A DNA stretch of 64,000 nucleotides from Lama glama. Taxonomy: Eukaryota. The notes below the pieces were generated by a model that saw only the letters and a list, made by a program, of their open reading frames with translations, was not told the origin of the DNA and searched no databases. Shown piece after piece: positions 1 through 12,345 of this stretch (position 1 is the first letter of the stretch; each line of letters opens with the position of its first letter). Location of the stretch: the NCBI GenBank assembly GCA_028534125.1, contig CM052816.1, positions 21,578,001-21,642,000 on the forward strand. The letters are read 5' to 3'. Made by a program: the position numbers and the translations under genes.

Positions 1-2118
1 CCTCTTAGAATTCTTTGTGCAAGGAGACTAGAACCTAATCCCTGGCAACAGGGGCACTCTTAACTGGGAATCCTGCATCTGTGTCTCCTCCTGGAGACTC
101 AGCTGCCCAGTCTCACGATTGAGCCCCTGGGTCACAGAGACCTGTCCCACAGAGGCCTTGTCCCAGTACATTTGGACTCAGTCATGGGCCCTGGGCAGAG
201 AAGGTGGTTATGGGACTGGCAGAACCTGGTCCTTGGACTGGGAAGACTGGCAGCTCTGGGCACCACTCCTCTTAGCTGTTGTGCCCACCACCCTCACTAG
301 GATGCTTACCTCTGCGAGGGTTGATATGGCTGCTGCAGCCCTGTGAAGGTGGAGCTGTTGGTCTCGGGGAGCCAGAGGTGCCTAGGCAGCTCAAGGACTC
401 CTCAACTTTGGTGTATAGGCCGTGTGTGGGGAGCGGGTGTCTGAAGGATTAAGGCGAGTGCTGGCGGCTGCTGTGAGTGGGGAGCCTGGTCTCTGCAGGT
501 TTGCATCTGAGAAAGTGGTGCCGGCCTGTGCGGGTAGCTCGGGTATTTTTCCACCTGCTTTTCTGCCTAATGGCTTCCCTGGCTGCCCGTCATCCCCTCT
601 GCTTCTGCCTATGGAGGTGGGGCTGGGACCTGGTCTGCAGAGGAAGAGGAATGGGTATGGAACAGTAGACTCTTCCACCAAGCCGTCCTATTACCCTTAG
701 GGGTAGTTCGGTCTCTCCCCAGATCATCTGACCAGTCCATTCTGCACCAATCACTATTTTTAATGGAAATTATATATTGGCATTGAACATAAAGTTCACC
801 AAAGTTGTATGTACACGTAAGGCAAGTTGTGGGTCATCATGACCCTCACAGGATTGAGAAAGGAATGTTATATTCTAAGGAGTTACATGGCTGGCACCAG
901 AAGGAGAAAAATGGATCTTTATGGTTGAGTAGGAATTTCTGCCATTGGGGAGGTGTGATTAACACACATGCAGATACACACTAGAGGGGAAGGAGGAGGC
1001 CAAAGATCAGAGAAAACCTTTTATGTTTAAATTTTTTGTTTATCTTAAAATCTGGACTTTTACTTCATCAACCCTAGTCAATGCAGAGTAAGCACAGATC
1101 ACACTATTCTCCGGTAGGAAAGGACTTTAGCCAGTTATTCCCAAATGAGTCTCTAGATTCAAGGCAACCCCAGTCGCAGTTCAAAGAGGTTTGTTGTCTG
1201 TTTTTTTTTTTTTCTTTTCCAGAGCCTGATTCTGAATCTAAACCTCTGGACAATTGGAAATGTACAAGAATAGCCTTGACTTGTTTCTAAGTGAAGAACA
1301 AGGAAGAGAGATGGGCATGTTAAACTCTTTAAAAGGTAATAATTAAATCAACATGATATTGTCTCAGTAATAGAACAGATTAGTGGAATAGAGTCCAATA
1401 ACAAAGATTCTCGCAAAATTATGGGACGTTCTGACCTATCATTAAGAAATTAAACCTCAGAAAAATGCATGAATGGTTTAGAGCAATTCACAGAACACTT
1501 GGAGGGAGACCATTCTGTTGCCCTTGGCTCAGCACTCAACAGCAAACATTACAAATATCTGTTCAATGAATGCTCATCCCTGGTAATCAGAGACATGCTA
1601 ATTAAAGCAACTATATACCGGGTTTTACCTATCAAATTGGCAGAAATGAAAAAGAACTGATAATACCCTGTGAGGAAAGGTGTAGTATCGTGTGGTGATG
1701 GTGAGAGTCTGAATTGATAAATCTTTTATGATCTGTGCTAGTACAAAACTGAAAAGAGCACAAACATACATCACTCGGGGCTCACTAAATAACTAAACTA
1801 GGCTGCTTCCTGTTCTGAGCAAGCTAAGGAGAGGGTAGATGCATGTGACCTGGAGTCCAGGACGAGTCATCGGGTGTTAACAGCCACAATTCACCAACTC
1901 CGATACCATTTCTATTTTTCAAAAGTGCAAGTCTGTATCCTTGTGTGTGCCACCGAGCTGTGAAAGGCTCAAGGCCCCCCACCACGCTGTCACCGCCAGG
2001 CCTCGGAGGAGGAGTGTTTACTTTTTGGCTTTGGAGGAGAGTGTTTTTTCTTTCTAAAATCTTTCTCTCTCCCCCTCTCCCTCTCCCTCTCCCACACACA
2101 TACACACGCACACGTGCG

Positions 2119-2138
2119 TAAGCACCCCCTGGTGGGGA
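2119..2138 (-). promoter_or_regulatory. Putative CTCF site downstream of PDLIM4
   Basis: Minus strand reads CCCCACCAGGGGGTGCTTA, close to the CTCF core CCACCAGGGGGCGC. An E-box CACGTG (2111-2116) and an ETS-like CCGGAAG (2201-2207) lie nearby. Confidence 0.65.
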
Positions 2139-2722
2139 GAGACAGGAAGGGGAAGAAAGGAAAGACTAGAATAGGCAGGGGCCGGGTGGGAAGGAGAAAC
2201 CCGGAAGAGTGAACGCCAAGATTGCCGGCAGGCGGATTCCACCCACTGTCTGGGAGGCAGTCCGAGTGATCTCCACAGTCATATCCCCTGTGGGGCAGTC
2301 CCTGCTGCGGCTGCTAGGGGCCGCCAGCGCTCGTGCTGCTGCACAGATGGAGCCTTTCCTGACTGTGCTAGCCTTTGCCATAGCTTTGTGCACAGTTTCT
2401 CCCCCATGCAGAGCTCTTCGTTCCCACATCCCTTAGTTCTCAGCTGATACCTTTCCTCACTCCACCAAGGTCAAACCCTTTGGCATGATGCCCCTTTACA
2501 GCACCTCATACCTCACCTCCCTATTAATAGAACTGACCTTGTGTTTCGTGTCTGCCATCCACCCAGGCTGTGGCCTCCTTGAGGACAGCACAGCACCTGT
2601 CTTGCTCACTGTTGCACCCAGTGCCTAAGAAAATGCTTGGCACCTAAACACTCGGGAGCCATGGCCTAAACTGGAGGGAGGCAGGCCAGGGCACTGACAC
2701 GGTCGAGGCCAAGCAGAGGGAG

Positions 2723-2728
2723 TTTATT
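2723..2728 (-). terminator. PDLIM4: PDLIM4 polyadenylation signal AATAAA
   Basis: tttatt on + strand, about 87 nt past the TGA stop on the minus strand. Confidence 0.7.
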
Positions 2729-2814
2729 AGGCAGGGCGCAAACACATTATTTACACGGGCCGTGCAGGGACATTAAAAGAAGCAGAGGTGGGGACAGGAG
2801 GTTTCGGGAGCGGC

Positions 2815-3019
2815 TCAGACGAGTTCCACCTTGGCATTGGGGTACACGGCCACCACATCGTAGCCCTCCGGCGGCTTCACGCGCGCCTTGGCATGGCTCT
2901 CACAGTAGAGCCGCTCGTCCAGAAAGAAGTAACCGCGCTGCTTGAGGTTCAGGCCGCAGTCGCTGCACATGAAGCACTCGGGGTGGTAGAGCTTGTCCCG
3001 TGCCTTGACGATGGTGCCC
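2815..3019 (-). CDS. PDLIM4: PDLIM4 exon 7 (C-terminal part of LIM domain, stop codon)
   Basis: cccatcag acceptor; encodes (V)[67 protein letters not shown]; 205 nt. Confidence 0.97.
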
Positions 3020-3157
3020 CTGATGGGAGACAGAAGAGAGCAGCGTCTGGAGCGGACAGATTTGCCAGCAGGCCCTCACCCAGGGCCTTGGGAGCAGTCA
3101 GGAGACTGCTGGAGGGGCTGGGGAAGGCGGGGAGGCACAAGGCAGGGAGGTACTCAC

Positions 3158-3275
3158 ACAATGCCGTGGCCACAGCGCGTGCACTCGGGAAGCCCCTGGA
3201 GGCCACTAAGCGGCGCGCCCAGCTTGCTGGCCGTGGGCTTGAGGTTCCTGGGGCTACCAGGCCCAGGTCGTTCCC
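3158..3275 (-). CDS. PDLIM4: PDLIM4 exon 6 (start of LIM domain)
   Basis: ctctcag acceptor and GTGAGT donor; 118 nt; encodes GERPGPGSPRNLKPTASKLGAPLSGLQGLPECTRCGHGIV. Confidence 0.96.
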
Positions 3276-3610
3276 CTGAGAGCCAGAGCACGATTGGTAT
3301 GAGCCCGGTGTGGAAGTCAGAAAAGGGAAAAACTTCACTTCAGTGGAATGTGGGGCTGGGCCCTGATTACAGAGCTACCGCCACAGAGACTGGGAAGGAG
3401 GGTGAGAGGGGTGAGGTGAGGGGCCGCGACAGGGGTGGAGTGGGAATCAGAAAGCACCTGCGCACTGAGGAGTGTGGGAACGCTCCCAGGACACGGGGAG
3501 AAGCTAATTGCCAGGAGGGGGGCCATGGGGTCGCCAAGGCATGTCTGGGGCAGGTTAGGGGGTGCCACTGGTACCTCAGGGAGTGGGAAGGCAGGTGGGT
3601 AAAGCCTTAC

Positions 3611-3774
3611 CGCCCTCGCCGGCCTCTAGTATGCCCTGCAAGTAGCGGAAGGAGCCTGACTGCTTGGGCGCCGCAGCCATGGGCTCGGCAGGCTCCTGGA
3701 GCATCCTGTACACCTCTGAACCCAGGTCGACTCCGCAGTCACGGCTCCGCGGAAGGCCTCTGGCTGGGTCGTTG
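3611..3774 (-). CDS. PDLIM4: PDLIM4 exon 5
   Basis: tctcccccag acceptor and GTAAGG donor; 164 nt; encodes SNDPARGLPRSRDCGVDLGSEVYRMLQEPAEPMAAAPKQSGSFRYLQGILEAGEG. Confidence 0.96.
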
Positions 3775-3978
3775 CTGGGGGAGAGAGACGCACGAAGGGG
3801 CAGAGTTGCAGAACCAGCCTTCACTCTGCCAGCTCAGGGGTCTGCTGGGGTTTCATGGGTCAGCTGAGACCCAAGGATCAAGTGTGAGGGGTCAGTATGG
3901 GACCTGGTGTGAGATTCGAGGGATTAGGGATTAAGAAGGGACCCAGGTACGGCTTCAAAGGCTATGCCTCTGTACTAC

Positions 3979-4160
3979 CTGTGGGGTGGAGACACATGCA
4001 GGTTGCTCATCTGGGCCAGTAAGGTAGCCTCACTGCTGCTGCCATTGTGAGGGACTGGGAGGCGAGGTGGCTGCCCGTAAGGAGATCCCAGGGCTGGTCT
4101 GCCATCTTCTGGTCCAGTCCCGGTGGCTGAGGGCCGCCTGCTGGTTGCTGGACTGCCATC
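3979..4160 (-). CDS. PDLIM4: PDLIM4 exon 4
   Basis: ctctcctag acceptor and GTAGTA donor; 182 nt; encodes DGSPATSRRPSATGTGPEDGRPALGSPYGQPPRLPVPHNGSSSEATLLAQMSNLHVSPPH; frame is continuous with both neighbouring exons. Confidence 0.93.
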
Positions 4161-7100
4161 CTAGGAGAGAGTGGGGCCTGAGGCGCTGGGAGACCCTCTG
4201 GCGTAGGGTCTCTGGCCATTCCTTGTACACCCACCCAGGCCTTCTTGGATGTTGGTTGTCTCCCCTTGTTCTGGCATCTCTGGGCTATGTTATCCAGCCA
4301 GGGAATGAATCTGTAGGGAAAGGCTGAGTTTTGAGCCCGGTTCAACCCCTGCAGAAATAAGAAATGCTCATAGAAAGTCAGACACAAAAATCTGAGTGCC
4401 TAAGACTCACCCTTGGCTCAAGAACCATGTGATGGTTCTTACTACTAGTGCCTGTGAGGAATGGTGTTGGGGAAGGACCATCCCAAGAAGCTTTTTAAGG
4501 CCAGGATTTCTGGAGCAGAGAGTGTGGCTTCCTTGCAGAGATGATCCTGGTGTCAAGCCTTCTTACCTGCCAGAATGGTGCTAGGTGCTGGATGGGCCCA
4601 GGGCTGGGAACACAAAAAAGGAACTCCTGCTCTGCAGCCAGTGAGGGTCATCAGTCATTGTGTCCCAAGGCCCTTTGGTGGGGGCAGACTGAGGTTTAAG
4701 GCTGCTATTGTGAGGTCATCTCCCCCCAGGCTGGTGTTTTTGCCCCCATCTCCTGCTTCCAGGCCAAAATGGGTGCCCTTCTGTAGACACAGCAGACGAG
4801 GGGCAGAGGCTGTGCCGTGGCTCAAGGCTCCCCACTTCGTAGCCAGCCCCTGGCTGAAACATTTGGGCCTGAATAGCCCATGGGAAGAGGGCAGTACCTT
4901 TGTGGGTGTGGATCTAAATGGGGACTAGGGATCTCCTTCCCTGCAGACTCCAGGGCCTTGTTGTCCCTAGCTTGCAGGCACACAGGCATGTACACTCTCA
5001 CAAGTACATTTACAGCCATACCTATGCATGAAGGCAACACACGTGCATCAGCCAGTCCACCTACATACACCTAATCTTACAGACACATTTACATATACTT
5101 GGAGCCAGTGCTTGTCACACTTGGGATGACCATGGTGGCCTCCATGGCTGGGACAAGGTTGGTGGCCAGAGTACCCTGCTGTTGCTGCTTTCTGCAGGCT
5201 CTGAGTGGGGTGGGAGCATGGGGAATGGGCAGACCAGCAGCTGAATAAGGGTGGTGCCCCTGCTCTCCCACCCCAACAGACAAAGGAGAAGGTCTCTCAC
5301 TGCCCAGGTGGGCCCCCATCAATGAGGCAACAGCAGCAGAAAAACCCTTATCCCCACAGGGCCCAAGAAAAGACCCTGAGAAATCCGAGCACTCTCGCAC
5401 ATGTCTGCAGGGCAGGCAGGCAGGCAGGCAGATCTGGCCTGGCCTCTAATGGGGACCAGATGGGCCATGGGCCGTGGGGGCAGGGCTGGGCCCCTTACAG
5501 AGGAGGCTTCAACAGGAAGGGGGAGTCAGGGAGAACCTGGAGAAAGGAGGCCTTCACTCACTCCCACCCAGCAGGGTGTGAGACTCTATTGCAGAGTCAT
5601 CAGAGCCACTGCCCCTCCCATGGCCACCCATGCAGCAGCCTCTCTAGGTCTGAACTCAGTGGTTAAGACACATGTGGCAACCTCAGCCTTGTTTGCATCC
5701 CAGCTCTATCAGTCACTCACTGAGTAAGTCACCTCACCTCTCTGAACCTCAGTTTCTTCGTCTGTGAAATGGAGAACATGGTTTCTATATCAAGTTCCTT
5801 GGGATAAAATGAGACAGTTGCATACAAAGCACTTACCATAGTAACTGGCACAGAGCAAGTGCTCATTGGATGAATGGCTGTCATGAGCATTCCTGAGCCC
5901 CTATTCCTGCATTTTCCCTCTTCAGGTGTGTAGTGGTACACCTAGTACCATGTGCTCCTTGTGTCTGAGTACCTGCCAGCTGCTGATTTGATTGTTGAAG
6001 CCTCAGTGTGTTCGTCAGCAGAATGAGGGTAACTGTCAGCTTGTTCATCAGCTCCCACATGACTATAGTCAGAATCTAGGACACTCCCACAGAGATGGGC
6101 ACCAAATCCAGGTGAGCAGGTGACAGCTCCCAAAGGCTGAGCTCCAACTCTCTGCTGGCCTGGAGAGGACAGGCTGAGCCTGCACTGCCTGCTCCACCTG
6201 GCTTGCCTTAACCCATCACCTGGTTCTCAGCTCAGATGCCACTCTCTTCAGGAAAACTTTCCTGATCACCCTCCTTCCTCCATTCTGGGCTGTGTTCCCA
6301 CATAAGGCCCGACAGAAGGAGTCTCCTATGACCCTATATGGAAGGTGGGCCTGAAGCCCCATTTGGCACACATCTTACTTGGTGGGGAGTGCCAGGGTAC
6401 TTTGTGCTGGTATAAAGGCCAGCTGTGGTTCTCACCTCCTCCAATGACTCTAGCTGGGCCCATCCCCCTCCTGTATGCAGGCAGAGGATGGGAGCAGTAT
6501 GGGGACAATGGGCCCTGTGTCTGTGTTACTGAGGACACGGCCCTACAGGGGCTGGATGGGGGTGTTTCTGTCACCACCCATGGAGCTCATCACCTTTTAA
6601 GTACAAAAGGGGGACAGCAGCTGAGGGGCTGCCCTGTTGCTTGTGGAAAATTCCTCCACTTCCAGCCTGAGCCACCAGCAGCCTGATCCTCCAGGAGGTC
6701 AATGAGGGCAAGTGTGAGGGCAGGGGGAGGTGCTCTCTAGGCCCCAGCCCCCCCAGGCCCACTGCCCCAGAGCCTCTCCTGGAGGACTCAGCAGACCTGA
6801 GCTTCAAATTCCAAAGCTCAGGCTCCCTTGTCCTATCCATCTGGGCACTCGTACATGAAAACTAGGACTCACACATGAGCTGGAAGCCTGCGCTCTGTTG
6901 CTCCCATCTGTCTGGACCATGCCAAGCCTGGTCAACTTGTCTATGTCCCCCAGACCCCATCCCCATGGGCTACCAGAATAAGCTTCCAAGACACAGTTGT
7001 GGCCACAAATCTCTGCAAGAACAGCTGAGGTCCTGTGTAGAGGAAACTGAGGGCCTCTTTGTGGCCCTACCCCATTGTCTCCACCCTCACCTCTGCCTCT

Positions 7101-8358
7101 CACCCCCTGGGACTTCTCTTTCCTCTGAACCTATGGTGCACAATTTCACCTCTGGGCTTGTGTGTGCTTCCTGGTATACTTTATCTCTCTATGCCCCTTT
7201 GCCTGCCTTATTATTTCCAGGCCTTCAGGTCTTGGTTTGGATATCCTCTCCTCTAGGAAGCCCTCTCTGACTCCTTGGTTGAATCATTTGCCTAATCTAG
7301 ACTCCTTTGACCCCTGGCTTCTGCCATCTCAGAACTGCTAAGTGCCTCTCACCTTCCAGAGCAGGCCCTCCTTGCATGTGATAAGCACCTGGCCTCAGGG
7401 GTGCCAGCAAAGGCAAATAGGGAACAAATTTCAGAGCAAGATGGGAATTAGGGTAGATGGCAAGGGAGAGGCCATAGCAGATCCTTCCCTCTCATATAGC
7501 GAAGACTCCATGAGAGAGAGTGGACACAAGTAGGCCCAGGAAGCCATGGTCCCACATGCTGGGTCCCAAGTTCTGGCTCCATCACAGACCATTTGTCCTT
7601 GCCCCCACTTTGTGGACCAGAGATACTGAGTTTACTCTGGATACCTCAGCATGCCCACTTGGCTATCTCTCAAGCCCATGGCAAAATGAGGCCCTAAAGC
7701 AGCCTGGCCCCCATCATGCTCCTTGAGGACAGCACTGTAGCTGTGACTCCTGTCATATACAGACTGAGCAGGCAGGACAGCAGCCAGAGGTCTGCTAGCT
7801 GCAATCACAGGATGGCCAGGAGAAAACTTTAACCTTGGATAAGGCAAGATAGTGCCTTATATTATAAGGTTGGCTCTGGCCACCTAGGTTCCCAAGGCTA
7901 AGATGTGACAAAAGAGTGTCCCGTAGCCTAAGACCACCACAGCCTATGGTTGCCCCCCAATCCACCCACAAGCTTGGTGAGCTTGCCCCCACCCGTACCC
8001 ACAAGCCTGATGGCTTCCTACTGGTTGGCATCACTGGGCAACAGAGTGAAACCCAGCTGGGTGGGTACTAGCCCTGGGCCAAGGCTAGCCCAGTCCCCGC
8101 TCACCACAGGCACCTGTGTCCCAGAATCCAGGACTTCTGGAGTACAGACAGAGCCCCCAGCAGGTACATATCACCTGGGAGCACTGGATGGGGCATGGGC
8201 ATTGCCCAGAGAAGCTTTCAGTTTCAATCTCTGGCCTGGGCATCTGGGAGCCACAGTGAGGACATCCAATGCAGTTAAACCTGTGGACTAGGCCTGGCCC
8301 CTTTGCCCTGAGCTTGCTCTGAGCCAGGCCAAGCCAGACAGGTGGTATCTGTACATAC

Positions 8359-8440
8359 CTGGACCTCAGGGTCGATGTGGCTCCTGTGTGCATGAGCCTT
8401 GCCGTCCTCTGGGGTACTGGGCCAACTCCTGCCTTCAGGC
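8359..8440 (-). CDS. PDLIM4: PDLIM4 exon 3
   Basis: ctgtcacag acceptor and GTATGT donor; 82 nt; encodes (R)PEGRSWPSTPEDGKAHAHRSHIDPEVQ. Confidence 0.94.
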
Positions 8441-11400
8441 CTGTGACAGGAATTAGGATGGTCAGAAATCTCTGCTTACTAGCCCACCATGCCTGGAAAC
8501 TAGGACCAAGAGGGTCCTGGGGTCTGGGCCCAGGGCCACCCAGGACCAGGCTTCGTAACTGCATGAATAAGGATACCGCCCAACTCCTTCCTCTGCACTA
8601 GAGTGGTGGCTGTTGCGGCAAGGAGACACAACTCTAGATCTGCCACCCGCCTGGTGAGGGCTGTGCATCTCTTCCCCACCTGCTGCTCCTTCCCTCTCTG
8701 GTCTGGCTTCTAGAGAGGATTCAGCAGAATCCCTGCAGCTTCCCCACTCTTCCACCCTCTCTGTGGCCTACGGAAGCTCCGCATAAAGAGGGCCCAGCTC
8801 ACGGCAGGACAAGCCAGGCCTTACACACTGATAAGCTAGAAGCCCATCCACTCATCCCTCTTCCATCCACCATCTCTGGCCGGGCCTGCGAGTCAGGCAT
8901 CTGTGGGCTCCGAGGGAGGTGGAATGGAGGCTCTGAGCGGTGCGCCTCCCCTCCTGCTGCTGCCGGCAGAGTCATCACCAGTGTCTGCCCAGCCCAGATG
9001 GGAAGCAGGCCATTAGGAAATTCCTGCTTCGCCATAGAAACCAAAAGCCAAACACCACTCAGGAGGGAGAAAAACATCATAAACCTGCCATAAGCAGGGC
9101 AGGCGGGGCCAAGAGGCTACAGGCCTGGGGCCCCGTCCTGCCACTGAGTAGTCCTGTGAGAAGGCAGGCCAGGAGGGTGCGTGGTCCCTGGATTGGCGGG
9201 TGGGTGTGAGTGAGACTGGTTAGACCAAAGGGGAATAATGTCCCCACTCTACCCCAAAGGGCTTCCTGGGTCTTCTTGGGGTCTCACCACTTCACTAGCA
9301 GCTCAACCCTGCTCCTCTCCACCACTCAGCAGAGGATTTTAACAATCTTACTACACCTGTAGGCCACACTCACTATGCAGTTCCTCACCCTTGCCCATTC
9401 CTTGGTCCCCTGCAGGCTATCCCTCTCCTCTACAGCCTTCTGGAGGCCTGTGGTACTATGGCTCTGCTGTCCCACCCCTACTGGCATCTGGTTCCAGCCC
9501 CCTCAGCCAGGCTCCCAAGTGATTGCCCTAACTTAAAGCTCTAACTGCGGCCTCTATCCACCCAGAACTCTTCTGGGATAAACCTAGGACACCTCATGTA
9601 GCTATCTGGCCTTATACTTCCTTGAAGTTCTGCCCAAAAGGAAAGTACAAGGTCAGAGGGTACAAAGTACCTAGAGCCATGAGAGTGGCCCAAGGCATCA
9701 GATCAGAATGAAGGGCTTATTCACGAGTCAACCTGTACCCCTAGGTTTCCACTTCAGGATGGGCAGGTGGCTCCAACTGCCATCTTGAAGCCCACCAAAG
9801 GGTAGGATGTACAGATGCATCTTGTGCCACATGTAGTGGGTGACAGGGACCCCACCACAGGCCCCAGGGTTGGAGTTGATGCCAGGAAGGTCCTGGGCCT
9901 ACAGAACATGCCCAGAAATTGTGGGTTAGCTTGGATTGCTGGATACCTGGCTTTGAGTTCCAGACAAAGTACGTGTGCCAGGGAAGCTGGGCCTTTACTT
10001 CACTTTTCATCCTGAGAAGAAGTCTGTGGAGGATTAGAGCTCTTTGTACGCAGGTAGGGAAGCTGGCCTGGGCAGAGCTCTGGGGGTGCTGACACAGAGT
10101 ACCTCCCTCCAACTAGCTTACCAGGCTTCCATAGAGACCATGGTGTGGGGTGGTCTTTGGGGCCCAGGCATAAGTCCTGGCATAGCATGCAGGATGTAGA
10201 GCAGGGTCAGAGGCCTTGCAGTTGAGAAGGTACCCAAGAGAAGAGATGCTGGCCCAGAAGGTCAAGGTGCCCTTGTGTCTTGATCCCCTAGAATCTGCAT
10301 GTGTGAGAATTAGGGATAGGGGCCTGGAGGACAGGACCCCAGTTTTCATCCTGACTGAGCAGTCCTTGTATGTCATCATCACTCAATCCCAGATCACAAA
10401 ACAGTCCCTATTTTGAAGTTGAGGAAGCTAAGGGCTCTGAGATTAAATTACTCACGGGAGGACAACACAGTTCTCTAGTGCAGAGCTGGGATTAGAACCC
10501 AGATCTGATAGGAAAGAATGAGCTTCTCACCTGCTCCATGGCCAGGCAACATTTGGGGGCCAAAACAACCCGAGTGGAACAGGTCAGTGGGCCCTTGGCT
10601 CCGTCCATGCCTGGCTTGGAACAAATGACCAGGAAAGGAAGGAAGGAAGGGGGACCTCCACCCTACCCCCACCACCCTCCCATGACATCATTCTCCCTGC
10701 AGATCTCCTGACTCAGGGCCCCTGTGAACCTCCCCTGCCCTCTGCCCCACTACTACCAGGGCTTCCCTTGTTCAGCCACGCAAAGTCAAGGCTGGAGGTG
10801 AGTCAGGGCCCAGGAACCAGGCCAAGCTGGGTGGACCCAGAGGCTGCTCGTGGGCAGAGCAGTGCTGATGTTTCCCCAGCCAGCTTATACCTGTCTCAGA
10901 GAGAGTGATGAATGTGATTCTGCTTTATGGAAAAGGAAGCCCAGGCTCATAGAGGTCATTTGGTCTACCTAAGATCGCATAGAGCCTGGAAGAGGGCCAG
11001 CTCTGCTAAACTCCCGGGCCAGGGCCTCCTCACTGTGAGCCAGGTGGAGTGTATAAGGCCTTGGACTTGCAGCTGGGCCCACTCAGCGCCGAGAGCAGAG
11101 TCAGGGGTCCTGACTCTGACCCAGACCTGGGCCAGACACAAATGCAGGCTACTTCAGAAGCCTTCCCACAGTTTAATGACTTAGAGCCATTGGATTACCT
11201 CCTGTCCTGCCGGCTCTAAGGTCTGGTTGGCCGTGCTGTGGTTTGGGGGAAGATTCGCCCACACACATCCCAGGGGGTCATGGAAAGTCCCTGTTAACAG
11301 TGAACGCGGCAGAGCTGAGCAGTTATATCTGACTTCTCTGGATCCAGGCAAGATGGGGGCAGGGATATTCCTCTGAGCCAGGACCCAGCCAATTGCCATC

Positions 11401-12193
11401 AGTCTGAGGATGGCTGAAGATGCTCCAGGTACACCTTCAATCCTGGACTATGTACAGGGCATAGACAGGGCTTTGTGACTTCCAGTCCTCCCCTTCATAC
11501 TGGGCTGTGTAACACTGCACAGTTCATGGCATCAGATTTAAGCTGGGCAGAGGCATGGGCCATACAGAGTGGGGACAGTTGAGGCAGGCAGCTGTGGTGC
11601 TGGTAGGAGTGGTCAGCAGCCAAGGAGAGGAAGTGGCATCTTTGGGAGTGAGAGAGACTCAAGGTCAAATTCTACTTCCTCATGGCCTTGTGTGTGACTC
11701 TAAGACCCCTCTAAGGTTTCGGAGCCTCAGTCATCTCATGTGTAGACTATATTAGGTTTTACCTTATCAAGTTAGTTTGAGTGTTAAACAAAATGTTAAA
11801 CAAGAAACTTCTCTGAACTGGTCATCAAGCTGGTCACTCAGGGGTGGGAAAAGGACTGAAATCGTACACCCTTCACCCTTTCCGAGGCCACCCATGGTCT
11901 TATTTCAGCCCTGACTTCGGGCTGCCTATCCCCTGCCATAAGTCCCCCAACACAGTTCCAGCCCCGAGTTAAAAGGGGGCTTCTTCTCAAGCCACCTGCA
12001 TCTCCAAACAGTGCCTGCGAAGCCCCCATAAAAGTGCTACTCCATACGACTGGGGTGCCAGGAAGCTGACGCAGAGAGGCCATGTGAGGCTCAGCTCACC
12101 CAGGATGCAGGCCACCCATCACTTTTCCTCCCCTAACCACCCTCCACCCTGCCATCATCCTGGCCCAGTCTCTCCTATATGCATAGGGCATAC

Positions 12194-12345
12194 CTGCTCA
12201 CAGAGAGTGTGAGGTGGTCATTGCAGCCCTTGATGCGGTTCTGCGCCTCCAGGTGTGTCATGAGCTCTGTGCTCTCACCATTGATGGCCTGAATCAGGTC
12301 TCCAGGGCACAGAGCAGCCAATGCAGCCTTGCTGCCAGCATGGAC
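12194..12345 (-). CDS. PDLIM4: PDLIM4 exon 2 (PDZ domain)
   Basis: tccacag acceptor and GTATGC donor; 152 nt; encodes VHAGSKAALAALCPGDLIQAINGESTELMTHLEAQNRIKGCNDHLTLSVS. Confidence 0.97.

Noticed and set aside
3020..3157. PDLIM4 intron 6 is 138 nt (multiple of 3), suggesting in-frame retention
   Set aside because: The main frame hits TGA within the first 4 nt of the intron.
2788..3934. Plus-strand ORFs of 163 aa and 313 aa
   Set aside because: Antisense shadows of GC-rich PDLIM4 exons 5-7; no protein-like signature.
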